Part shown: piece by piece, positions 9,222 to 17,806 of the stretch
Layout of the letters: each line of letters begins with the position of its first letter
Numbering within the stretch: position 1 is the stretch's first letter
Origin: Candidatus Heimdallarchaeota archaeon
GTDB lineage: Archaea; Asgardarchaeota; Heimdallarchaeia; Heimdallarchaeales; Heimdallarchaeaceae
NCBI GenBank assembly: GCA_016840095.1
Contig: JAEOSZ010000050.1
Coordinates: 1-45,474, forward strand
Length of the DNA: 45,474 bases
Direction of reading: 5' to 3'
The notes under the pieces: generated by a model
The model's database searches: none
The model's input: only the letters and a program-made list of their open reading frames with translations
Told to the model about the DNA's origin: nothing
Position numbers and translations under genes: made by a program

Positions 9222-10235
9222 TTATACTTTTTGCATTATTACAAAACTGTTATTCAGTCCAATGTACTTTTCTCTAGAAATTCCATGATGTTTTAGATTT
9301 GCCATATGTGATACCTTATCTAAGTTAAAGATGAAGGGATCATAGATGCTTAAAACCCAATCCAATGTATAAGAAAGTTCAGGTATTATTGCAAATGCAA
9401 AATAGCCATTGGTATGAAGTGTTGATTGGAGTGTTTGAATATAGTCTTTCAAGTCATTTTTGAAAAGGAATTTTGAGCCTACAAACAGATCAATTGAACC
9501 CAGAATTTCATTTATTTGTAAATCTTCTCTTTCAATAAATTTGACATTATAAATCTCGTATAAATCTTGAAGAACATTGCATCTGTAGAGAGAATTTGCT
9601 GGTTCAACACTTAGAACATTTACACTGTCACCAAAGAAATCAGCAAGATGGAGAGAATCATATCCTGAGCCACTTCCCCAGTTTAGAACCTGTAAAGTTT
9701 CTTTCATATCAAACAAAGACAAACGTTGTTTTAAACTCTTAAAAAACAACTCTCTGATGAGGAAGAAAAGTTCTGTTCCATACAGAGAATCTAATGTTAA
9801 AACATAGTCTTTTTCTGATAATCTACCTTGTTCTCCTTTCAATATCGCTTTGTACTTAATTACTGACTTGTCAAAAAAGCTAATAAATGGAGAAAGAAGT
9901 TTACTATTAAGTGCTTTAATATCTTCTTTAAATGACATTTCCAGATATTCTCTTCTTGGACTGTCACCATAGAATTCACCTTGTTTTATTAAGAATTCTT
10001 GGTGTGCTAGTAAATCAAAAATCTTGAAAAATTCTTCATCCAGAGTATTGAAGTTTAACATATGAAAGATTTCTTCAGGTGATCTAGGACGATTCAAAAT
10101 ATCGTATACGCCTATTTCTTTCAACAAATCGGATGCCTTGTATGCTGATAGTTTCAGTAAATTGTTGATGCTTTTTTGAACATCTTCTTCAGTAGATTCA
10201 AGAGTAAGAGGGAACTTGTTAATCCTAATCACCAT
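9222..10235 (-). CDS. Class I SAM-dependent methyltransferase-like protein with N-terminal winged helix (divergent)
   Basis: VLNWGSGSGYDSLHLA motif I variant followed by VLSVEP. N-terminal LKEIGVYDILNRPRSPEEI resembles O-methyltransferase dimerisation wHTH domains. Confidence 0.6.
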   Translation of the reverse strand: MVIRINKFPLTLESTEEDVQKSINNLLKLSAYKASDLLKEIGVYDILNRPRSPEEIFHMLNFNTLDEEFFKIFDLLAHQEFLIKQGEFYGDSPRREYLEMSFKEDIKALNSKLLSPFISFFDKSVIKYKAILKGEQGRLSEKDYVLTLDSLYGTELFFLIRELFFKSLKQRLSLFDMKETLQVLNWGSGSGYDSLHLADFFGDSVNVLSVEPANSLYRCNVLQDLYEIYNVKFIEREDLQINEILGSIDLFVGSKFLFKNDLKDYIQTLQSTLHTNGYFAFAIIPELSYTLDWVLSIYDPFIFNLDKVSHMANLKHHGISREKYIGLNNSFVIMQKV

Positions 10236-10324
10236 TCTTTCAATGTAATTGTTTATACTATTAAGATGAAGTAATCATTTTAATTTCTATCGTTACTCTC
10301 ACTCTAAGATTTAGTAACTAAATA

Positions 10325-11509
10325 CTATTTTCTTCGGTAAATATCTACAAATCCTCTTGATTTCAGGAAAATGACAAATTCTATTACAGAGGAAATTGGA
10401 ACTGATAAATCTTCACTGATTGAGTGAATTGAATTATTACCTTTAAGAAGAGATAGATTCTCTAAGAACAGTTGAAATTTTTGATCTAGTGTGATCCACC
10501 CTTTTTCTTGAAGATTCTTAGGTGATTCTGAGAGCTCAGGGTAATCATCTTCGGAATTAATTATTAGATCCATTATTTCAGTTACAATAAATTTCTTGGG
10601 TTGTTTTGAGATATTTTTATCTAGATATGAAATTGCTTCTAGAGTAGACTGTACTTTGCTCTCTCCAGGTATGTTGATGTAAGAATTAAAGAGAATTGTA
10701 AACCAATCATCCAGATAAGAGTAGTTAATCTTACTTTGGGGTTTTTTCGCACCAACCATCAGTGCATCTTTCTTTTGATGTCTATAAACTAGAAGTTCTA
10801 AACCTTTATAATAAAGGCTAATCAAATCCCCCTCCCTTAGATCTGCTTCATTCTTCTGAATATCAATGAATTTGAATAGATGAGAAAATTCAATCTTCTT
10901 TCCATCTATCATTTTAGGGAAAAATCTTCCATCCATGATTCCTTTATGATAAGGGATAAAAAGAAATCCATGAAAGTTATTAAGCTCATTACCTGTAACT
11001 TCTGAATTATCATTAATTACCAGTCCTTTCATTGTACTTCCATCTTGGACAGATATTGGTATTTTATGTGCTGCAGATTTTTCAGCATCAATAAGTTGGG
11101 TTAGAGCATCATCAAATAATTGAGGTCTTCCCTGAGTTCTTTCAGAAAGTGATCTGGCATATTTAGCTAATTTGTCAAGATCTGCGGTTGGAACACAAAC
11201 AAATAGTAAAACTACTATCTGTTCAACTTCTTCTTGTATAGTTACATAGCGACCGATAACTACTCTTTCTTCAAGACTAGTAATTACATCAGCATTAGTC
11301 CTTGCAAAACCAGTATAAACTTCAGCAAGCGAACTTACATCTTTTAGTTTATCTCCAAAATTTGACCTTGATAGTTCTTTGAAATAGCACACAGGACCAA
11401 AAATAATATCAAATTGTATCATTGAAACAGTTTTGATTCCTAAATCGCGCAGAAAAGGTACATGAAATGGAGATATTTTCAAATCCTTGTACTTATCTAC
11501 TTCACTCAT
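10325..11509 (-). CDS. Longin/uDENN + winged-helix protein, NPRL2/DENN-like
   Basis: N-terminal SMIQFDIIFGP (F-D-x3-GP hairpin typical of uDENN/NPRL2-type longins). C-terminal LLKGNNSIHSISEDLSVPISSVIEFVIFLKSRGFV wHTH. GGTGAG SD upstream. Confidence 0.55.
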   Translation of the reverse strand: MSEVDKYKDLKISPFHVPFLRDLGIKTVSMIQFDIIFGPVCYFKELSRSNFGDKLKDVSSLAEVYTGFARTNADVITSLEERVVIGRYVTIQEEVEQIVVLLFVCVPTADLDKLAKYARSLSERTQGRPQLFDDALTQLIDAEKSAAHKIPISVQDGSTMKGLVINDNSEVTGNELNNFHGFLFIPYHKGIMDGRFFPKMIDGKKIEFSHLFKFIDIQKNEADLREGDLISLYYKGLELLVYRHQKKDALMVGAKKPQSKINYSYLDDWFTILFNSYINIPGESKVQSTLEAISYLDKNISKQPKKFIVTEIMDLIINSEDDYPELSESPKNLQEKGWITLDQKFQLFLENLSLLKGNNSIHSISEDLSVPISSVIEFVIFLKSRGFVDIYRRK

Positions 11510-11662
11510 CTGCTCACCATATGAATGTGTTTCCCTTGCTGATAGAACCCACTAATGACTGTAATCAAATCTTATTTCTATAATATAGTTTACCATTTAA
11601 TAAACTGATTGATAGTCCTATATGAATTACAACATTAAAGAGAAAAATTACAATTTTAAGTT

Positions 11663-12304
11663 TTATTCACTCAATCGAGATCTTTCTTCTTCTAAAATGG
11701 GTAAAAGATCATTTATAACGCTGAAAGGACAATCCTCAAGATATTTACTAGAAGTTTCCCAGAAGCTATCAAATAATGAAGATTGGTAACCAAGTGATTC
11801 ATATGAAATAGCTTGAACTAATAATTCTATTTTATCTATATAAGAGACAAACATTGCTTCTTTCGACTCTCTATTCTGTAATTCAGCAAAGGATTCTTTC
11901 CATTGTCTCTTAACCTCTTCATTAAGAATTAAAGAGAGAAGCTCAGTACTTGCTGTTGTTAAAAGTTGACTCTTGAATTGTTGGTATTTATCCTGACCAA
12001 GAAGAATTTCAACTTGTTTGTCAAAATCTTGATACTGGCATTCAGGTAAATCATGAATAATAGCAATCCTCATAACTACTTCTGTATTTAGAGGATTTTC
12101 AGGTTGAATTGCATTGTGTAAATCGCAAAGAAGTAATGACAACATTGTTGTATTATAAGCATGGTCGGCGATACTTTCTACATCACTAAGAGAAACCCCG
12201 ACTCTAATCCACCCTTGCCTCGGTAATCTCTTCAGTTGAATAGCACTTTCTATGAATCCGTAAATCAACTGGTATAACTCATCCAACGTATTCGTCTCTG
12301 TCAA
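11663..12304 (-). CDS. HD-domain 5'-deoxynucleotidase (YfbR/HDDC2 family)
   Basis: LKRLPRQGW, ESIADH, IIHDLPE, DKIELLVQA. Confidence 0.9.
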   Translation of the reverse strand: MTETNTLDELYQLIYGFIESAIQLKRLPRQGWIRVGVSLSDVESIADHAYNTTMLSLLLCDLHNAIQPENPLNTEVVMRIAIIHDLPECQYQDFDKQVEILLGQDKYQQFKSQLLTTASTELLSLILNEEVKRQWKESFAELQNRESKEAMFVSYIDKIELLVQAISYESLGYQSSLFDSFWETSSKYLEDCPFSVINDLLPILEEERSRLSE

Positions 12305-12384
12305 GTCTGTCAGTAAAAAAGACGAAATATAGTTATTAAAACAATCGTTGGAGGTAATGGGAGTAAGAAAGAAGAGATTCTGTC

Positions 12385-13296
12385 TTACATAAATTTCCTA
12401 ATAAAGTTCCACTGTCTTTCAGTATCTTCTTCAAGAAGTTTTAATTCAGTTTCAGTGATTCCTCTGAACCTTCCTTGAAGACTTGTCCAATCAGTAATTG
12501 GTTTTCTGTTCTCTTTATCATTGAATTTCTTGCCTGGACGACTAAGTACAACAGTATTAGTTTCACGATCCCACTCGAATAGTGGCCAGATTCCTGTTTG
12601 AACGCCTAATCTAGATATTTTAACAGAATGAGCTGGATCAGATCCCCAGTTAGATGGACAGCTGATATCTATTTGGATAAATTTGAATCCATCAAGAGAT
12701 AGAGCTTTTTGGAACTTTTCTACGAAATCTTCAAGAAAGGCTCCACTAGCTGTGGCTACGTATCTGGCATTATTAGCCATCATGATGAACGGTACCATTT
12801 TACGCGGGGTTGTATTTCCTTTTGGAGTTGTTCTGGTTCGAGCCCCGATCATTGTATCTCCACTTCTCTGTCCTCCTGTATTACCATATACATTATTGGA
12901 ATACATCACATGAAGGATATTTTCTTGACGGTCACAAGCACCTATTTCAGTAGCGATACCGATATCTGCAGCAGAACCATCTCCACCCCATACAATTACT
13001 TTGAGGTTGTCCTTACCCTTCTTTTTCATCGCTCGTGATATTCCAGAAGCAACGGCATCACTGGCAGCAAAAGCTGTGTTAACAGTTGGGACGTTGAAGG
13101 CTATACCTTTACCTGAACCCTGATAAACACTTGCACAACTTGCTGGAACTACTAGAATAGCTTCATCTGCTACTGACCCAATTGCGTGTCTAAAAGCTAG
13201 AGTTGATCCACATCCTGCACATGCGAAATGTCCTTTCAATAATGCTTTCTTTGGTTTATTCATTAGATCTTTTTGTGTTACTGGCATAATTTTCAC
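12385..13296 (-). CDS. porB: 2-oxoacid (pyruvate/ketoisovalerate):ferredoxin oxidoreductase beta subunit
   Basis: GHFACAGCG, TPP motif GGDG...NNVYGNTGGQRS, CPSNWG. Probable real start is the ATG at 13287 behind a GGTGA SD. Confidence 0.93.
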   Translation of the reverse strand: MKIMPVTQKDLMNKPKKALLKGHFACAGCGSTLAFRHAIGSVADEAILVVPASCASVYQGSGKGIAFNVPTVNTAFAASDAVASGISRAMKKKGKDNLKVIVWGGDGSAADIGIATEIGACDRQENILHVMYSNNVYGNTGGQRSGDTMIGARTRTTPKGNTTPRKMVPFIMMANNARYVATASGAFLEDFVEKFQKALSLDGFKFIQIDISCPSNWGSDPAHSVKISRLGVQTGIWPLFEWDRETNTVVLSRPGKKFNDKENRKPITDWTSLQGRFRGITETELKLLEEDTERQWNFIRKFM

Positions 13297-13297
13297 C

Positions 13298-14449
13298 TTA
13301 CTCCTTTAATGCCTCCTTAGCATCTTTCATAATCTTCGTATATGGTACATCTTCGCCACCTATTCCTCGCAAAAGCTTCTTGACGGGAGTATCAATATTA
13401 TGACGTTTTAGAACAGCTTCTACTTCTATACCAAGTTGACCTGCGTGTCCAAAACTAACGGATCTATCGATTACAAGTAGCTTATGATTCTTCTTAGCAA
13501 ATTCAACAATATCCTCTTCAGGGAAGGGTCGAAATGTTCTGACTCTAAGAGCATTGACACTTAATCCTTCAGCTACCAATCTATCAATTGCTTCATGGGT
13601 TTCATCACCAATGGTTCCTAGAGAGATTATAGTTAAGTCAGCTACATCATCACCATAAGGTTCAACTAAACCGTTTCCATAGGATCGTCCAAAAACCTCA
13701 GCAAATTCGTTATGAACATCAACAATTTTCTTCTTTGCGCGATCCATTGCAGCCATTAAATCTCTTCTATTCTGACTATATTGCTCAGGTACTGTCATAG
13801 CACCAAATCCCCAAGGTTTGTTGACATCTATTTCAATAATAGGATCGTCATAGGAACCTACAAATTCATAAGCATCTTCTGCACTTGGAAGCTGGACTTG
13901 ACCAGTTGTATGACTAATAATAAAACCATCCCAACAAGGCATGGAGGGTAGTGCTATATCTTTGCTTTCGGATATTCTGAAAGACTGGAGGACTGTATCG
14001 AACACTTCTTGGTTGTTTTTAGTATACATCTGTATCCAACCAGCATCACGAAAAGCCATACTATCTTGAAAATCAGGCCAGATATTCCATCCAGGTGCCA
14101 AACATCGGTTTACACAAGGCATGACTATAGGTAATCTACCATATCCTGACCAGAAGACATTTTCAGCCATATATAATAGTCCTTGAGAAGAAGTTGCAGT
14201 GAAAGTTCTAACTCCACTCCAAGCTGCACCCATACATGCTGCCAAAGCAGAATGCTCACTTTCAACAATAACGAATTCAGCATCTAGTAGTCCATCATCA
14301 ACGTATTGCTTAATATTCTCTAGAATCGCTGTTTGAGGAGTAATTGGGTATGCTGCGATTACTTCTGGTTTTGCAAATAATACTGCATAGGATGCCGCGT
14401 CGTTTCCAGTCATCGATTTTAATTCTTGTTTTACTACCATTCTACTCAC
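13298..14449 (-). CDS. porA: 2-oxoacid:ferredoxin oxidoreductase alpha subunit
   Basis: GNDAA, AAYPITPQT, VESEHSA, FTATSSQGL, DGFIISH, FRPFP. Probable start is the ATG at 14440 behind GGTGAG. Confidence 0.95.
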   Translation of the reverse strand: MSRMVVKQELKSMTGNDAASYAVLFAKPEVIAAYPITPQTAILENIKQYVDDGLLDAEFVIVESEHSALAACMGAAWSGVRTFTATSSQGLLYMAENVFWSGYGRLPIVMPCVNRCLAPGWNIWPDFQDSMAFRDAGWIQMYTKNNQEVFDTVLQSFRISESKDIALPSMPCWDGFIISHTTGQVQLPSAEDAYEFVGSYDDPIIEIDVNKPWGFGAMTVPEQYSQNRRDLMAAMDRAKKKIVDVHNEFAEVFGRSYGNGLVEPYGDDVADLTIISLGTIGDETHEAIDRLVAEGLSVNALRVRTFRPFPEEDIVEFAKKNHKLLVIDRSVSFGHAGQLGIEVEAVLKRHNIDTPVKKLLRGIGGEDVPYTKIMKDAKEALKE

Positions 14450-14714
14450 CTTGGGGTACCATTTTTATTGCCTCTTTTGGGCATTCTTCTGCACATATTC
14501 CGCATCCTTTACAGTAATCGTAATCATGTTTTATAGGCTGATCTTTTTCTCTATCAGCTGGGTAAATTGCATTATCTGGGCAGAACTTCCAACAGATATT
14601 ACATTTGATACAGAGATCAGGATTTACTACAGGATAAAAGGTCCTCCATTCTCCTGTTTTACCAGCTGCACCTTCTATTGGGTATAAAATTGGTTGGCTT
14701 GGTTCTTTTGTCAT
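14442..14714 (-). CDS. porD: 2-oxoacid:ferredoxin oxidoreductase delta subunit (2x[4Fe-4S])
   Basis: KTGEWRTFYP, CIKCNICWKFCP, DYDYCKGCGICAEECP. Confidence 0.95.
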   Translation of the reverse strand: MTKEPSQPILYPIEGAAGKTGEWRTFYPVVNPDLCIKCNICWKFCPDNAIYPADREKDQPIKHDYDYCKGCGICAEECPKEAIKMVPQGE

Positions 14715-15265
14715 GCTTCTATCACCTTTGTTGCTTCAAAAGCTCTCTTCGCTGCTTCAACATTCTTTGGCGCTATTCTTTCGTTCAATTGATCTGTGAT
14801 AGCTTTCACAAGATTATCAAGATCTATAATCTCAGTTCCTTTAGCAAACGCACCTAATATAGCTGTAGCAGCCATGGTAAATCCACTTAGAACTAGTCCT
14901 AGTTCTTGCGAAATTCCTGTAGCATCTACTAAAGCAATCTTTCGTCCTGAGCCCTTGAGAGATTCTGGGATCTCTTTAGCATTGAGCACAATTATTCCGT
15001 CTTTATCCACATTTTCAATATCTATATTGCCAAGCATAGTTTCTTCAAAGACTATAGCATGTTTTGCTTTATAGACAGGACTGTGGATTCGTATAGGTTT
15101 AGTATCAAAACGAATGTATGCTTCAACTACTGCACCTCTTCGTTCAGAACCATATTTTGGGATTGCCTGAGAGTCCAATCCTTGTAACATAGCTGCTTTA
15201 GCTAGGATTTTCGCTCCAGTTACCCCTCCACTTCCACCACGGCTAACTTGTATGACTTCTATCAT
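14711..15265 (-). CDS. porG: 2-oxoacid:ferredoxin oxidoreductase gamma subunit
   Basis: RGGSGGVTGAKILA, YGSERRGA, VDATGIS, ILGAF. ATGA overlap with porD. Confidence 0.93.
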   Translation of the reverse strand: MIEVIQVSRGGSGGVTGAKILAKAAMLQGLDSQAIPKYGSERRGAVVEAYIRFDTKPIRIHSPVYKAKHAIVFEETMLGNIDIENVDKDGIIVLNAKEIPESLKGSGRKIALVDATGISQELGLVLSGFTMAATAILGAFAKGTEIIDLDNLVKAITDQLNERIAPKNVEAAKRAFEATKVIEA

Positions 15266-15363
15266 TACCTCTAACCTTAATAATTCTATTTTGAATTTTT
15301 TTTCATTTATTATAATATTTTAGGTTTCAACAGAAAAATTAATAGAGAATATTTATAGGCCTT

Positions 15364-16227
15364 CTAACCTGCCTTTATTGTGTTCATGAGTGAATTAAGA
15401 CCTTCGTAAGTTCTAATTTGAATACCTTTTCCACAAACTAATCTAATAGAATCTGATTCAATTTCTGTAAACGGCCCAACTCTTGTAATGACATCAACAT
15501 TTGCATCATGCCTTCGTTTTAAACCAGATAAACCTAACATCACATTTGGTCCTTTAAACTCAATAACATCTAAACCTGCAAAACCAGCTATTTCCTGTGG
15601 GGTTGATATTCCTAGTTTAGTTATGGTCTCTTGAGTGGCATACTTTCTTAGTAAGAGAGCATTGACTTTGATAACATCAGTTTTAGTAAAAGATGATTTT
15701 AGTAAGTCTACAATAAACTTGAATGTTGGATTTTTTTCCATAACAAAAAAGGAAGCTATTCCCAATTCAGGTAAAATTGAAAGGAAAACTATTGAATCAA
15801 GAGGTAGTTTCATAAGATCATTTTGATCATTAACTTCCTTAGATGCAAACATATACACATAATGCAAAGGAGTCGAGTTTAGCTTTATTATGAAACTAGT
15901 ACTGAAATTCAAACCACTATCCTCAATTAATTTCTTAGTTCTCTTATTGAGCTCATTTTTCAGTTTAGTTGAAGTATCGTACTTCTTTACTGGAGTAAAA
16001 GTATAAAGATTCTGAAAGTCACCAAAAAAGAGGTTTTTTAGAGCTTTAATCCAGAAATTTCTTATTTTTGTAGTTGAAATTTTCTTGGCTTTTATCTCTT
16101 GAAAAAGTAACTTCTGAAGTTCAGTTTTTGATTTCTTCTGAATAGTTTTGCTAGTGGTTGAGAGAACAGAAATTATTTCTTTTTCAGTAAGATACTTGAA
16201 GATAGTTTCCTGTGTCACATCTACCAC
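15364..16227 (-). CDS. Hypothetical basic protein; candidate CENP-L/CENP-N-like (TBP-like fold) protein
   Basis: Clean 287-aa ORF with a Lys-rich helical N-terminus and a conserved-looking C-terminus (AGLDVIEFKGPNVMLGLSGLKRRH...). The CDS is well supported; the family call is by-eye inference. Confidence 0.45.
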   Translation of the reverse strand: MVDVTQETIFKYLTEKEIISVLSTTSKTIQKKSKTELQKLLFQEIKAKKISTTKIRNFWIKALKNLFFGDFQNLYTFTPVKKYDTSTKLKNELNKRTKKLIEDSGLNFSTSFIIKLNSTPLHYVYMFASKEVNDQNDLMKLPLDSIVFLSILPELGIASFFVMEKNPTFKFIVDLLKSSFTKTDVIKVNALLLRKYATQETITKLGISTPQEIAGFAGLDVIEFKGPNVMLGLSGLKRRHDANVDVITRVGPFTEIESDSIRLVCGKGIQIRTYEGLNSLMNTIKAG

Positions 16228-16367
16228 TCTTGAAAAGTATTTGTACTTATAGTTCGTCTTGTTGATTAACGGTTAACTGATTATTTAACTTTTTCATCGT
16301 TTCTGGAAAGACAAATTGTAGAAGTGCAATATTAAAGAGAAATGAAAAGTAAATAAAGGGGATTTCG

Positions 16368-16592
16368 TCAAAAAACTATATTTGCTTTAAGAAGAATTAA
16401 TTGTATTTCAAAAGCTGTCAATAAAGCACAAATAACTACTATGACAATAACCATTTTCCAATTCTTTCTTTGAGACATTTCAACATAAAAGATGAACCAT
16501 GTAATTGCAGCTACAGATAAAATAGCAAATAACACTAGTACAAAAGTTAGCCATCCACCGGTTAAGAGTCCGTTATACGCTTCGTAAGCCAT
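16368..16592 (-). CDS. OST5/TMEM258-like two-TM oligosaccharyltransferase subunit
   Basis: 74 aa, two TM helices, ITWFIFYVEMS loop and terminal LILLKANIVF. This parallels the recalled TMEM258 pattern (TAWFFVYEVTS...LLLWVGIYV) in length and spacing. Confidence 0.7.
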   Translation of the reverse strand: MAYEAYNGLLTGGWLTFVLVLFAILSVAAITWFIFYVEMSQRKNWKMVIVIVVICALLTAFEIQLILLKANIVF

Positions 16593-16688
16593 TTTTATTC
16601 CCTTTTTATTCTTCTGTGCGTGATTTTTTTAAACGTTTAAAAACCTTTGCCATTTGGACAGATTAAACAAATATCATATGAGAAAAAT

Positions 16689-17075
16689 CTAACCTGGGAT
16701 GAAGAAATCTCCATCAATTTTTCCTTTAAGATTTTTCTTTTTAATATACATTGGTATAATCTTCTTGATATTTTCAATATCAAACCCTGTTTCCTCAGCT
16801 AATTCTGAAATATTGAATTTTTCACCAGAAGAAATTGCATACTCAATTTTGTACTTAGGGGTATCTTCTTCCTTAAATTCACCTTTGGTTTTGCCTTTGG
16901 CACCAGTTTTACTTTTTCCACATTCAGGGCAGGTCCATGAAGCCATTCTAGTAATTGTAACATTTCCATCCTTGTCAGGCATGGGGCTTACAAAATTCCA
17001 TTCCTTGTTCGTTGGAACATCTAGAGGCATCCATGTGTTTCCACATTTACACTTAATAGGTTTGGTCTTAGCCAT
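16689..17075 (-). CDS. Cren7-like zinc-binding domain fused to a C-terminal winged helix (PCI-like)
   Basis: ATG at 17075 is preceded by GGTGAG. N-terminal CKCG...P-x2-KEWNFVSPMPDKDGNVTITRMASWTCPECG. C-terminal FNISELAEETGFDIENIKKII...LKGKID. Confidence 0.6.
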   Translation of the reverse strand: MAKTKPIKCKCGNTWMPLDVPTNKEWNFVSPMPDKDGNVTITRMASWTCPECGKSKTGAKGKTKGEFKEEDTPKYKIEYAISSGEKFNISELAEETGFDIENIKKIIPMYIKKKNLKGKIDGDFFIPG

Positions 17076-17225
17076 AATTCTCACCTTTTGTTTTTCTCTC
17101 AAAGTTAAAATCTTTTCGATGTTGAAACTCTTCTCATCTATTTTGTTTCTGAAGAATAATTACTTTTATAAGATTATAAGCTTAATGAAAAACAGTTTAG
17201 TGGATATAATATCTTAATTCGTAGA

Positions 17226-17792
17226 GTGAAACTGATGAAACAATGTCTAGCTTGCTGGGAAGAAATTGAAGACCAAGAGAAGATTTGCAATCATTGCGGT
17301 TCAGACCAAAATGATGTAAAAGACTATCTAGCTTTAGTACTTCTCAAACAAAGAAAGAAAAAGATTACTATTCCTGAACAAACAGCTGTTCTAGATTATG
17401 TTATCGATGTCGATCCTACTACTGCTGAATCAATTACAATCTCTTTATCTGAAGCTGAACCTGGATACCAAGAAGCTAAACCCACTCCAGCTACAACATA
17501 CAAACCTGAAAGTCCTTCTTGGTTGGGTAAACCCTCAAGTCAGCAAGTTTCACAACAAGCTCCACGTTCGCAACCAACAGCTGTTAAACAAGAACCTTCA
17601 GCTCCAGTAGTTCGGAGTAAGAAATTAATAAAGTGTCCAAATTGCTCAGAAGAGGTCTCATTTCTAAAGTATTGTAAAATTTGTGGATACCAATTACAAA
17701 AAGAATGTCCTCAGTGCGAGAAAATTAACTCAATCACTTCAAAATTCTGTACCATATGTGGTAAACCATTCAAACCACTGGAAGAGAAATAG
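17226..17792 (+). CDS. Zinc-ribbon / double-zinc-ribbon protein with Pro/Ser/Gln-rich linker
   Basis: Six CxxC pairs (CLAC, CNHC; CPNC, CKIC, CPQC, CTIC) flank a low-complexity linker. Confidence 0.8.
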   Translation: MKLMKQCLACWEEIEDQEKICNHCGSDQNDVKDYLALVLLKQRKKKITIPEQTAVLDYVIDVDPTTAESITISLSEAEPGYQEAKPTPATTYKPESPSWLGKPSSQQVSQQAPRSQPTAVKQEPSAPVVRSKKLIKCPNCSEEVSFLKYCKICGYQLQKECPQCEKINSITSKFCTICGKPFKPLEEK

Positions 17793-17806
17793 TTTAGATA
17801 ATGTGA

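Noticed and set aside
16699-17217. 172-aa + strand ORF
   Set aside because: It is antisense to a gene with clear Cys motifs and an SD site, and its composition is typical of a shadow ORF.
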